Of a stretch of 64,000 bases of DNA, positions 13,500 to 26,418 are shown in pieces. Position 1 is the first letter of the stretch; the number at the start of each line of letters is the position of its first letter. This DNA comes from Eledone cirrhosa. Lineage: Eukaryota. The notes below the pieces were generated by a model. That model had not been told where the DNA came from, ran no database searches, and saw only the letters and a program-made list of their open reading frames with translations. The DNA is taken from NCBI GenBank assembly GCA_964016885.1, contig OZ024745.1:112034001-112098000 (forward strand), read 5' to 3'. A program made the translations under genes and the position numbers.

Positions 13500-14390
13500 C
13501 ATGCATGCATATGTGTATGCATGTATGCATATGAATACATGTATGTGCATATATAAGTATGAATGTATATATGTATGCATGTATGTATGTATGCATGTAT
13601 GTATGCATTATGTATATATGTATGTATGTGTGTATGTATGCATGCATATGTGTATGCATGTATGCATATGAATACATGTATGTGCATATATAAGTATGAA
13701 TGTATGTATATATGTATGCATGTATGTATGTATGCATGTATGTATGCATTATGTATATATGTATGTATGTGTGTATGTATGCATGCATATGTGTATGCAT
13801 GTATGCATATGAATACATGTATGTGCATATATAAGTATGAATGTATGTATATATGTATGCATGTATGTATGTATGCATGTATGTATGCATTATGTATATA
13901 TGTATGTATGTGTGTATGTATGCATGCATATGTGTATGCATGTATGCATATGAATACATGTATGTGCATATATAAGTATGAATGTATGTATATATGTATG
14001 CATGTATGTATGTATGCATGTATGTATGCATTATGTATATATGTATGTATGTGTGTATGTATGCATGCATATGTGTATGCATGTATGCATATGAATACAT
14101 GTATGTGCATATATAAGTATGAATGTATGTATATATGTATGCATGTATGTATGTATGCATGTATGTATGCATTATGTATATATGTATGTATGTATGTATG
14201 TATATATGCATATATGCATGTACATATGCATGCACGTATATATGCATCCATGCATGTATGTATGCACATATATATATGTGTATGTATGTATGTATGTATG
14301 TATGCATATATGTATATATGCATGCATATATGTATGCATATATGTATGTATGTATATATGTATGTATATATGCATGTATGTATGTATGTT
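13440..14390. repeat. (TATG/CATG)n microsatellite with a 141-bp higher-order unit (~5 copies)
   Basis: Marker atgaatacatgtatgtgcatatataagtatgaa starts at 13531, 13668, 13809, 13950 and 14091. Confidence 0.92.
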
Positions 14391-14542
14391 CATATGAAAC
14401 CACTAACAAATTGGATGTATTCAAGGTTTATTCTTTCTATTTATTTATTTCACATAGCCTCAACTAATTTCAAATCTCAGTCAATAAATAGTTTGATTAG
14501 CTGTGTCACATGAGATTCCTGTATGTCAAGTTATAATATATA

Positions 14543-15382
14543 CAGGGTGAGGACGATATTTGTTCGCAATTTTCAACTACTAATTTTATGCAAAATTTTT
14601 TACTTCCGTTGTCACTCTTGTCTTCATAAAAACAGTGACTCTATTTCCATTATTTATTTTCAGAATAATTGATTATGAATAATTTTGAACCTCTTGGAAT
14701 CCACGCCGGGAGGACAAATAAGGAAATTTCAGACTTTCTCAGTGTCAGCAGAAGAATGGTGTCTCATCCAAAGACGTGCCCAGAGTCATGCAGACAAGGT
14801 TTCCAGCGACAACATTGGTCTTAGGTGTCGTCAGCAGTCAAGGTGACGTCATGCCACCTCACTTCTTCCCTGAGGGCCTCAAGCTGAACACCGATGGCTA
14901 CATCCGCGTTCTGAGCGAGGTAGTAAAGCCCTGGATCGACCAGGTAGCTGCAGGTAGGCCGTACGTGTAGCAGCAAGACTCAGCGCCCTGCCATACCAGC
15001 CGAAAGACCCAAGCCTGGCTGTCAGAGAACTTCTGCCAAGACCACACTTCACCTGATATCTGGCCTCCCAGCTTCTTTGTGTGGGGCGCAGTGGAACTAG
15101 ACACCAACAGATCTAGCTGCAATACGAAAGACGATCTGAAGGCCAGGATCACAAGTGCCTTTAGGGGCCTAAGTCGGGGGACAGTGATGAAGGCCTGTAG
15201 CCGGTTCCGAGGCCGCCTTGAGGCCATCATCAAAGCTAATGGCGGGTTTATCGAGTGAGATCAAAAGAACAAGTTATGAAGACAAATTGACCTAAGTTTG
15301 ATAAATATATCTTAAAAAATAAAACTACTGTGTTACTTTTTCCTAGACAGTATTCTTGCAAACAAATATCGTCCGCACCCTG
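14543..15382 (+). mobile_element. Internally deleted Tc1/mariner-superfamily transposon (DDxD, maT-like)
   Basis: ~27-bp TIRs cagggtg(a/c)ggacgatatttgtt(c/t)gcaa with TA on both sides; MPPHFF..YV*QQDSAPCHTS..DIWPP..FFVWG..ACSRFRGRLEAIIKANGG. Confidence 0.93.
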
Positions 15383-15444
15383 TATATATATATATATATA
15401 TATGTGTGTGTGAGTGTATATATATATGAATATATATATATACA

Positions 15445-15700
15445 CTGCCATCAGTGCTTTATGCGAGTGAATCCTGGAAGAGCACGGCAAAGATAGAGAG
15501 ACGGGTAAACGCTTTCCACCAGCGGGGCTTGTGAATGATCCCCTGTGTGTCCTGATGGCGCAACCGAGTGCGAAATGAGGAAAAATTCTGCAGAGAGCCA
15601 AGATGACGCTACAGAGGATGGTCACAGAGCGCAGGTGCTGCCTGGCTGGCCATATTCTGCGCCTGCTCGACGAAAACAGCGATGATCTGGACTCCACCTA
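15445..15700 (+). mobile_element. Non-LTR (RTE/L2-like) RT C-terminal fragment
   Basis: RNEEKFC / ILQRAKMTLQRMVTERRCCLAGHILRL resembles 'RRLRWAGHILR'. Confidence 0.55.
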
Positions 15701-17096
15701 TAACATAAGTAAGTAGGAAAAAAGTATCAATTTAGCAACATACATTTTTTATTCACTTGTGAATATATATAAGACAATGCAAAAACAACAGAAAAATGAA
15801 CCGTCCCTTCTCTTAAGTCAAGCTTTGGAAATCACTATGATTTCAGAGCATTAAGGTTGATACTATTCATTTCAGTGCACTTTAGGACACAACAAAACAG
15901 GGAGACACAGGACAAGTAATGCCTTTTGATGAATTACACGAATAAAGACAAAAAGTACTACAAACCAATGTGCTTGAACCGAAACAGAAGAGATAGAAAT
16001 GTGGTGCGTGGAAGCTTTAACCAAGAAGACAAAACGATAGAAAGGAGAAAAATATAAAAAAATATTATTAATACTAGTTCTATGTATGAAGACAAAGAGG
16101 AATGATAGGTAGGCAGAAGTAAAGAAGGAAGAAAAAAGAAGGATGAGAGGAAGATAGACATTGGGCAGTGTAAAGACTAATTTTGATAGGTGTACAAAAA
16201 GCCCACATGGCTAAGAATATCAAATATGAATAAAAACAAGACAAAGACAATTGAAAAAACAATGAAAAAACAAACAGTCCTTTCTCTTCAGTCAAGTTTC
16301 AGTTTACTAAGGTTGATACTATTCATCCCAATGCACATTGGGATGTAATGAAACAGACACAACACAAGTTGTGACTTTTAGTGAATTACACAGATATAGA
16401 AGACTCTACCCCAATACTGGAATAGTGCTTTTATATTTCTAATCTAATCTAATCTAGCCGAGTTTACACTTGCAAATAAGAAGAACCAGGGCTGCCCCTA
16501 GGAGCATTGGATCTGGTGTACTTCATATTTATTTTGGTTGCTGAATACAATCAGGGGTCGCTGCTTCTCCTGAAAGTCAATAGTTCTCTTCTAACTCGAG
16601 CGGGAGCACCTTTCCATTGTCAATTTACATTGATCATCTGCAAAGCTGCATTGTTCTCAGAACCACTACACCAGTCTTTTGATGCATGCAGCTGGAACTA
16701 CTTTTATATTTATCAACCTCAAAAGGATGTAAGGTTGTTACAGTCCAAGATTAGACATGTAGGGGAACCATGTTTTGCTCATACATTTCATTTTTGGCAT
16801 AGTTTCTATGTTTTTCTGACCTTCACTTTGCTACCCACGAGGTGCATTAGATCTATTTTATTATGTCAACAGCACTCTGCTACTTACAGAATATACTGAG
16901 TGCATTTTACCATAGCACCAGTTCTGCCACTTTACAAAGTATACTAGGTACATTTTATCATGACGCAGCACTACCACTTACAAATTGTACTGTGTGTATT
17001 TTTTCATGAAACTGGCACTCCCATTTTAGCATGTGGGTGCATTTTATCATGACATTTGCACAAACATTTTCTAGCATATACTAGCATTCATATATT

Positions 17097-17131
<35 letters not shown>

Positions 17132-17574
17132 CTATCTATCTATGTATTAGCTACCTATCTATCTGTATAAGACACACACACATACACACACACACACACA
17201 TACACACACATATATAAACATAAATGTGTATATGTGATATATTCATATATAAATATATGTATGTATCTATCTATCTGTCTATCTATCTTTCTACCTACCT
17301 GCCTATCTATCTGTATAACACACGTGCACACACACGTGCACACACACCCACACACACCCGCACCCACCCCCACACACATATATATAAACATAAATGTATA
17401 TATGTGATATGTTCATACATAAATGCGTGCAATCATGTATACATGCATGCATACATACATGCATGCATACATACATGCATAAATGCATAGATACAAGTAT
17501 AAATACATACATACGTACATACATACATACAAACATACATAAATGCATACATACAAGTATACATACATGCATAT

Positions 17575-18040
17575 TTATGCAGAATTGATGAGAAATCTGC
17601 AGATACTCCACCCTGATTACACCTTCAGATTTATGCCTGTGATTATTGGGGCACTGGGGTATGTTAGTAACTGTCTCAATACAAATCTTGAGAAGCTAGG
17701 CTTCACAGGAACAGAAAGAATACAACTAGTTAGGAAATTACAAGTACAATCCATTAATGGAACAGTAAAAATATGTAAAACATTCCAAAAATTTTGCATC
17801 TAATAACTGCATATACACATGTACAGATACAAAGCATATACACATGCACACATACAACTCAAAATATACACATCCACACATACAATAACATCCATATCTA
17901 CACATGCATGCATACATACATATCTACCTAGTTGATGTTGTGTAAATTCCAATGAGAGAGTCTTGTGTTTATGTTAGAAACCGACTCTCTCTCTATTGGT
18001 AAAACTTTGTGAAATTATAAAACCAGAAGAACATAAACAC
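17575..18040 (+). mobile_element. R4/Dong-like LINE 3' end (restriction-like endonuclease tail + 3' UTR)
   Basis: YAELMRNLQILHPDYTFRFMPVIIGALGYV..KLQVQSINGTVKICKTF; flanked by (TACA)n. Confidence 0.8.
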
Positions 18041-18112
18041 ATACAAGTATACATACATACATACATACATATGTATATATGTACGAATGTATGTACATAC
18101 ATACGTACATAC

Positions 18113-18500
18113 ATGATGGCTGCCCCTCGTTATCGAGTATGGCCATTGCACGAGGAGAAAAAAAAAAAAATTAATAATAAATAAAAAATAAAATAAAAAT
18201 AAAAAAAAGAAATATATATATATACATACATATATATATACACATATACACATACATATATACACACACATATATATACACACACATATACATTAATAAC
18301 AATAATAATAATAATAATAACAACAATAATAATAACGACAACAACAATAATAATATACATATACATATATATATATACACATACACGCACACAAATAAAC
18401 ATATCTATATACACACACACACACGATAGCAACTAACAGCGCTGCGATCGAATGTGGCTTTTTAGCCCAGCCAATGATTTAAAATGTCTTGCACAGAGTC
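18113..18500 (-). mobile_element. 5'-truncated second copy of the zinc-finger RTE (last finger + 3' UTR)
   Basis: RLCARHFKSLAGLKSHIRSQRC* and terminus tggccatactcgataacgaggggcagccatc(atgt)n match 18694-18990. Confidence 0.9.
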
Positions 18501-18693
18501 GTACATACATACATACATACATACATACATGCATACATACATACATGCATACATACATACATACATACATACATACATACATACATACATACATACATAC
18601 ATACACACATACATACATACATACATACATACATACATACATGCATACATACATACATACATACATACATGCATGCATACATACATACATACA

Positions 18694-18733
18694 TGATGGC
18701 TGCCCCCTCGTTATCGAGTATGGCCATTGCACA

Positions 18734-18772
<39 letters not shown>

Positions 18773-18875
18773 ATAATAATAATAATAATAATAATAGCAA
18801 TAATAATAATAACGACAACAACAATAATAATATACATATTCATATATATATACACACACACGCACGCACATAAGC

Positions 18876-18915
<40 letters not shown>

Positions 18916-20135
18916 GATAGCAACTAACAGTGCTGCGATCGAATGTGGCTTTTTAGCCCAGCCAATGATCCAAAATGTCTTGCACAGAGTCGGCAACCAA
19001 AACATTTACTGGGAATAGTCGGCTGTGGTTGGAGTTCGTGTACTTTTGCATGTCGCTTGAGTCCTCCTGCTGATTTACATTCTCTACCACATGTTTGGCA
19101 AGCATGATGAGTAGCATCTCCAACAGCAGCCTGGTAGTCAACCACTGGTCTTACTTTATGACTGCGAAGATGACTTTCGAGTCCAGCTTTGCTTAGGCAG
19201 AGTCTCGCACAGACGCTGCATGTCAGAAACATAGGAGGACCCTCGCCGTCTGGAAGTGCAACAGCAATACCCTTCCTCACGTCCCGCTTTACTTTCTCGT
19301 GTGCGATTCGAGATGCCTCAAAGGCAACTTTTCCCTCATATACAGTCTTTCTCCATTTATTACGATCAGCAGCAATATTTTCCCATGTATCAGCAGAGAT
19401 GTTAGCGTCTTTCAGAGAGGCCTTCAAGGAATCCTTATACCTCTTTTTTGGTTTATGTGGCGGTCGTTTTCCTTTAACCAACTCTCCATAGAAGAGTTGT
19501 TTTGGTATTCTAGAATCCTTCATCCTGGCAAGGTGACCACTCCAACGGAGTCGCTGCTTAAGCACAAGAGCTTCTATACTGTCACACATAGAGCTTTCCA
19601 AAATCTCGACATCACTGATGTGGTCCCTCCAGCGAACGCCATGTATCCGTCTGAGACACATCTGATGGAAACGCTCCAATTGCTTAAGGTGGCGTCGATA
19701 TGTGACCCAGGTCTCGCAGGCATAAAGAAGACAAGAGAGTACACATGCCCTGTACACCCTTACCTTTGTCCTCCTGCATATGTCTCGCCGACCCCAGAGT
19801 CGCCTTTCTAGCTTTCCGAAAGCATCACTTGCTTTCCTAATCCTAAGTGAGATTTCACCGTCAAGGTTGCCGTATCGATTGACAGTGCTTCCCAGGTAGA
19901 CAAACTGATCAACCACTCCAAGTCGTTTGCCATACACATAGATGTTTGGTTCAGTGTACTGCCTACCAGGTGCAGGTTGGTACATGACGACGGTTTTCTT
20001 GAGACTGACAGTCAAACCCAGTGCAGTGCAAGCGTCAGAAAATACATTCAAAATGTGCTGCATATCACTCTCTGTGTGCGCTACAAGATCGCAATCATCT
20101 GCATACAAGAGGTCTCTTATGACTGATGTAAATAA
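18694..20135 (-). mobile_element. 5'-truncated RTE-clade LINE with (ATGT)n tail
   Basis: LLYADD, GLTVSLKKT, FVYLGS, LLYACETW, RLRWSGHLARM, PKQLFYGEL, KKRYKD, WENIAADRNKWR; embedded in (TACA)n on both sides. Confidence 0.95.
18924..20135 (-). CDS. RTE reverse transcriptase C-terminal half + three C2H2-type zinc fingers (open, 5'-truncated)
   Basis: About 400 uninterrupted codons; CSVC..HLRSH, CQTC..HAKVH, CRLC..HIRSQH. The MYVC N-terminus of the listed ORF is microsatellite. Confidence 0.85.
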   Translation of the reverse strand, partial: LFTSVIRDLLYADDCDLVAHTESDMQHILNVFSDACTALGLTVSLKKTVVMYQPAPGRQYTEPNIYVYGKRLGVVDQFVYLGSTVNRYGNLDGEISLRIRKASDAFGKLERRLWGRRDICRRTKVRVYRACVLSCLLYACETWVTYRRHLKQLERFHQMCLRRIHGVRWRDHISDVEILESSMCDSIEALVLKQRLRWSGHLARMKDSRIPKQLFYGELVKGKRPPHKPKKRYKDSLKASLKDANISADTWENIAADRNKWRKTVYEGKVAFEASRIAHEKVKRDVRKGIAVALPDGEGPPMFLTCSVCARLCLSKAGLESHLRSHKVRPVVDYQAAVGDATHHACQTCGRECKSAGGLKRHAKVHELQPQPTIPSKCFGCRLCARHFGSLAGLKSHIRSQHC

Positions 20136-20610
20136 CACACATACATACATACATACATACATACATGCATACATACATACATACATACATACATACACAC
20201 ATACACACATACATACATACATACATACACACATACATACATACATACATACATTTAGAAAGAAAATTAATATTTAAATTTGTCACATATACTCTGCATA
20301 CAGCTGTTGCTATATTGTTAACAATTATTTCAATGAGGGGTCTTTCTTCTTAGTTAATAACTTGTTCCATCTTTATAGGGAACATTTCAAAATTAAAATT
20401 GGAAATGAAATGTGATACATCATACTTACCATATGATGACAACAGTTAAAATGCACTCATGCCCTCTCTTCCTCCCCTCTCTCTATCTATATTCAGGGTA
20501 TACCTACATATGTTCATATATATACAATCATAGACATGCTTATACATATGTCGATATACGTTCAATTATACATGTTCTTACATATGTTCATATATATATG
20601 TTCAGATATA

Positions 20611-21210
20611 CATGGTGGCTGCCAACTCGTTTTCGAGTACGGCCACTACTTTACATCCATGTAGGATAACCCCTACCGAAGCGCTGAACGAGTGTGACTT
20701 TTTAGTCCAGCCAGCGACTTGAAACCTCTGGTACAAACACTACACCTGTGACAATCATTGACACATAGTGCTAGGCCCATGGTAGGACAATTATTGACAC
20801 ATAGTGCTGGGCCCATGTGAGGACAAGTGCAGAGAGATCTCCAGATATAAAGCAATGCCTGTGCCGTGAAGCTTTTATAGTGAGCAAAGGCACTGCACAA
20901 AGCCAGTCCCACTCTCTTAACCAAGATGCTATTTACCAAAAAGAAGAACAAGTCAACATCATTGGATACCATCAGGGTTGCAGGTGTTATATCAGAGTTT
21001 TCCTTCTCCTAGAATTCTGCCTTGACTAAGGCTAAAGGGGTCATCTCTCCCGGTGATTTTGGATGGCCATTGACTCTTAAGAGCTCCTTTGCCCTTTGAC
21101 AGGTTTTGTTTTTAGTCCTGCAGGATGTCCAAAGTCACCCTCCTCACCAAGAAACCTTGGTGGGGTTGCCAGTTTAGTCGCCAACGACCCGACCATGAGA
21201 CAGGTTGTAC
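20611..21210 (-). mobile_element. Bipartite non-autonomous RTE derivative, copy 1
   Basis: RTE-type 5' UTR motif ctaggagaaggaaaactctga joined to a zinc-finger remnant (CSVCTRGFKSLAGLKSH) and terminus tggccgtactcgaaaacgagttggcagccacc(atgt)n. Confidence 0.75.
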
Positions 21211-21907
21211 ATACATTCATACATACATACATACATATGTTCATGTATACATACATATGCATACATACATTTGTTCATACATACATATGTTCATGCATAC
21301 ATACATGCATATGTTCCTGCATGCATACATACATATGTTCATGTATATATACATATGCATACATACATTTGTTCATACATACATACATATGTTCCTACAT
21401 ACGTATGTACACACATACATGCATATGTTCCTGCATGCATACATACATATGCTCATGTATATATACATATGCATACATACATTTGTTCATACATACATAC
21501 ATACATATGTTCCTACATACGTATGTACACACATACATGCATATGTTCCTGCATGCATACATACATATGCTCATGCATACATACATACATACGTTGATAT
21601 ATATATACATAGATATGTTGCTGCATACATATGTACATACATATATACATACATACGTTCCTACATACATACGTACATGCATACATATGTACATACATAC
21701 ATACGTTCCTACATACATACGTACATACATACATATGTACATACATACGTTCCTACATACATACGTACATGCATACATATGTACATACATACATACGTTC
21801 CTACATAGATACGTACATACATACATATGTACATATACATACATATGTACATATACATACATATGTTCCTACATACATACATATGTTCCTATATACATAC
21901 ATACGTA

Positions 21908-22518
21908 CATGGTGGCTGCCAACTCGTTTTCGAGTACGGCCACTACTTTATATCCATGTAGGAGAACGCCTACTGATGCGCTGAGCAAGTGTGACGTTTT
22001 AGTCCAGCCAGCGACTTGAAAACTCTGGTACAAACACTACACTTGTGACAATTATTGACACATAGTGCTGGGCCCATGGTACCATGTGACAACAAGTGCA
22101 GAGAGATCTCCAGATATAAAGCAATCTCTGTGCCGTGAAGCTTTTATAGTGAGCAAAGGCACTGCACAAAGCCAGTCCCACTCTCTTAACCAAGATGATA
22201 TTTACCAAAAAGAAGAACAAGTCAACATCATTGGATACCATCAGGGTTGCAGGTGTTATATCAGAGTTTTCCTTCTCCTAGAATTCTGCCTTGACAAAGG
22301 CTAAGGGGTCATCTCTCCCGGTGATTTTGGATGGCCATTGACTCTTAAGAGCTCCTTTGCCCTTTGACAGGTTTTGTTTTTAGTCCTGCAGGATGTCCAA
22401 AGTCACCCACCTCACCAAGAAACCTTGGTGGGGTTGCCAGTTTAGTCGCCAACGACCCGACCTTGAGACAGGTTGTACTGGGATACATGTTACCAGTAGC
22501 ACCAACTGGTGACCTGAC
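21908..22518 (-). mobile_element. Bipartite non-autonomous RTE derivative, copy 2
   Basis: Highly similar to 20611-21210, with ~50 nt more 5' sequence; sits in (TACA)n-derived repeats. Confidence 0.75.
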
Positions 22519-23289
22519 ATACGTACATACATACATATGTACATACATACATACGTTCCTACATACATACGTACATACATACATATGTACATATACATAC
22601 ATATGTTCCTACATACATACATATGTTCCTATATACATACATACGTACATATGTATACATACATACATATATATGTGTTCCTGCATATGTACAAACATAT
22701 ATACACTGTCTTTCTGTTTCCTCTTTTAGCTTTTATTTGAATGTCACCAAGATGTAATCATATGTCAACTTTGAAAATGATATCTTGTAATAAAAGACGT
22801 ATCATCTAATGTGAAAGTTCTCCTGATATCTTCAGATAAAGGTGAAAAATATTTCATCATGATTAATTAATTAACAAAATATTGTGCTTGTTTGTTTTAA
22901 ATATCCTTTTTTTTTTATGTTTAATTAATGTATACTGAATATTTCAGGTATATATTATGATAGTCTCAGAAATTGACATATATTCATGACAAATTTTAAT
23001 TAGTGGAGGTAGGTGGTCTAGTGATAAGGGTGTGATCGTAATGTCATGGTTCGATTTCTGGAATGAGTTGTGTGTTGTGTTCTTTTCACGAGAAACAGTT
23101 AAAAATGAAGTTAAACCTATATTCAAATTTCATATTATCAATTTAATGTCAACAAGGAAAACTTTCTACTTCATGGAAAACTGAAATATTTTGCAAATTT
23201 AATCTACTGAATATGTTTAATGAATGCAAAACTAAAAATGGTGTGATAACTCAGACAGCAGCAAAGAGGATATCTTGTAATAGGCAGCA

Positions 23290-23540
23290 TTTGCTGCAAA
23301 ACCATTATGAATAAATAATGAATATATAATGAATATATAACCCGAATGGAAGAAATTTGATAGGTAAAATATATGAACCTCTGTTGGTTTTATTAATGAG
23401 CATTCCAGTTGTTCAATACATAGAACAGCCTGTTTGTGTAATTTATGTACAAGTGGCTAAGCATTCTATAAGCATGTATGTTCTTAAAGTAATTCCCAGG
23501 AAGAATCAGCGTTATGCAGTGAGTGGAAAATTTGTCTGTT
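23290..23540 (-). pseudogene. Candidate class C GPCR TM2-TM3 pseudogene fragment
   Basis: STHCITLILPG / TYMLIECLATCT*ITQTGCSMY*TTGMLINKTNRGSYIL; KTNR at 23380-23391 matches the mGluR TM3 'LxTKTNRI' motif. Confidence 0.42.
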
Positions 23541-24210
23541 TGAATTTCAGTGCAGTCCTTCTGACGGGCATCCAAGCAGCTTCTGAGTACCCAGTTTCAC
23601 TCTCAAGGCTTGGGTTGATCTGAAGCTATAGTAAATGGCATTTGCACTGGATGCTATGCTGTGGGATCAAGCCCAGAACATTATGATTGCAAAGGGAACT
23701 TCTTAACCATTAGTACATGTTGTGTTCATATAGTAATCATTTTAAAAAGCCCATTCTACTAACACTGTAGCTACTTTCAGCACCAATTAATAGAATGTTG
23801 TTTTTTACTTTATGTAATGAATCTTGTTAAGTGGTTGGTAATAGGAAGATCATCCAGCCATAGAAAACCTGCCCAACAATGTCAGGAGGACTCTAGCTAT
23901 GTCTATGATATGACAACTTCCCTTGTGTTGGTGATTCATGCAATAAATAATCTCCCAATACACTCTGTAAAGTGGTTTGTGATAGGAAAGGCATCCATTT
24001 GAAGAATACCTGCTAACCGAAAGAATGGGAGGACTCTTCAGCTATGCGAAGGACATAACAACTTCCTTAGTGTTGGTGCCATGATAAAATCATTCAGTAG
24101 GGATTGTATGATGGGCTCTAGGTCCACACAAAGGTCAACGGCTCCCCTTGAGTACTGATTGGTGTATGACGACATTTTCAATCCTTATTAGCAGTGAAAA
24201 CTTATGTTAA

Positions 24211-24431
24211 CCCTTTAACATTTACATTACTCTATATTTATTATTATATTTTCACAATAAACACTTTACCTCACATAATTATCTCACATAATATCGAATC
24301 TATGAAATTTCGATATTATTTATTTTGAGAACAATACCTTAACATCAGTATGAGTGGCTAGTTACCACTGGTTTGAACAGAAAGAGGTGAGAGAATTCTG
24401 GCCGGATTTGGCCTGTTTAAGTACTAAAGGG
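24211..24431. mobile_element. piggyBac-like MITE with TTAA target duplication
   Basis: ttaa|cccttta..taaaggg|ttaa; second copy at ~33471-33684. Confidence 0.85.
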
Positions 24432-25099
24432 TTAAATGATACACGCACACATACACACACACCTTCAGCACCGTCATCATATTCTATGTCCCCTTTTCCA
24501 TGTTAGCATGGGTTGGATGGGTCATTGCAGACAAAGTCAGTAGTTTATCAGAGCTAGTGTCCTTCTAGACAGATCAGGAGACCACATCTTCCTCAAATAC
24601 ATCATTCAGCATCATTATCATAATCACAAGGTTTCTATTTGTATTCACACACATATTTATATACCTACCTACATACATACATACACACACATACACATAC
24701 ATACATACCTACATACATACCTACATCCACCTCCCCACCACACGCACACATACATACATATATACATCATTTTTATCATCATCATCATCATCATCATCAT
24801 CAACATCATCAGTTTACTTCAAGATTTGATTTATGCTGGAATGTTTGTCCTTATAATTGATAAGACATTTCTAATTTCACTTTACTTTACATTGTTTATC
24901 TTATATAATTATGAAATGTAGTTTAATATCAATATAATTAATGTTTCTATCACTGTGAAATCTCTGTTTGAATTCTCTGGCTAAAATGAACTGTATTTAA
25001 TTATCTAGCTAACTCATACGTGTGTGTACAAAAGCAGATGTATATTCTGCGTGACCAAAACTAATCAACCAATTAAGATCCGACAACTGGTGCAGCCAG

Positions 25100-25620
25100 T
25101 TGTAGGAGTATCACATCACTCTAGATGTTTTCACACTCAACAGTTGCTACAGGACTATGGCCTCCATCATATGTGACCTGTTCAGTTCTTGATGATGTTG
25201 TACCAGTATTTTCTTTGCTTCTTCTTTGCACTCCATTCCCTTAACTGTGTCTTGAAGGATGATTTTGGACACCTGAGTCATGGTGGGATATGTGACTATA
25301 TCAGGCAAATTCCTTTCTTTTCACCATTTGCAAGGAATTATTCTTGTCTTCCAGTATATTTGTCAACTTTCTGCTACTTGATAAAATTGTTTGTCTTGTA
25401 CTGTGTGTATGGGATGCATAGCAGCCTTCTGAAGCACTTGTGCTCAAACACATGGATTCTTCATTCCATGTCAGCTATAAGAGTCTAACTCTCACTCTCA
25501 TAGAGAAGGATTGAAGCCACTTGTGACTTGTACAATTTAGGCCTTGCTGGAAAATTGATGGCAGAAGAAGCCAAGCTGAGCCTTGTCATCTCCTTTACTG
25601 ATTTGCTGCCCTATGTATCC
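25100..25620 (-). mobile_element. Degraded RTE-like LINE 3' fragment
   Basis: RPKLYKSQVASILLYESES*TL..FEHKCFRRLLCIPY..SHMTQVSKIILQDTVKGMECK. Confidence 0.6.
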
Positions 25621-25639
25621 ATTGTGAAATTAAGAATTA

Positions 25640-26250
25640 AATACATATAAAAATGCTCATCGCTAGAACAGCCATTAAAACAGCTAAATGCTGTCAAAGA
25701 CAGTGATAGGCAAAAATGCCTCAAAGGACAGAGACTAGCAGCCAGTGGTCAACAGAGAGACAATCCACAAGATGGGTGACATATCACCCATCTTGTTCTA
25801 GCATTGAGTTTTCTCATTTTTATAAAATACACTCTTGCTTCGTCTTGATCAGAGATAACATTGTGTTCTCATTTAAGAATTAAAGGTTAAGAATAAAAAA
25901 ACAGAAAGGTGTCGTTGCCAGAAATGGTATTTCTGAAACACAAGTCTTTGATAAATGCCTGAATTTTATAATAACCACATGTGAAAATTGATTAATAGTC
26001 AGATGTAAACCCTATAACAATGACTCCATATCATCCAGATACAAATAGGACTGCTGAAAGAAGGGTCACTAGTGTTAAAATGGATATGAAAGTATATTCA
26101 CCAAGTAATAGCTCTATTAATACATAAGCTACATGCTTTTCAAGTTATTAGATAGTCTTTCTCACAAAAAGACTCCTTAGCCCATCTGCTTTGATAGTCA
26201 TACAAATGCAGTCATCAATAATAATGTTTATGAAACTGAACCTTCAGTTT
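25640..26250 (-). pseudogene. Candidate class C GPCR cysteine-rich domain to TM3 pseudogene fragment
   Basis: FCEKDYLIT*KACSLCINRAITW / YTFISILTLVTLLSAVLF / VVIIKFRHLSKTCVSE / PLAASLCPLRHFCLSLSLTAFSC (cf. CaSR [23 protein letters not shown]). By eye, several frameshifts. Confidence 0.4.
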
Positions 26251-26319
26251 GGTTTAAACCTGGTGGAGTTTATCCTCTCTCCAGATCTGAATATTGCCAA
26301 TTTCTTCTAGAGTAAGGAG

Positions 26320-26418
<99 letters not shown>

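Noticed and set aside
13078-14513. Long His/Tyr/Ile/Thr and Met/Tyr/Val/Cys ORFs (also 17.1-18.9, 21.1-22.7 and 55.7-57.0 kb)
   Set aside because: Translations of stop-poor (TACA/TATG)n microsatellites, open in several frames on both strands.
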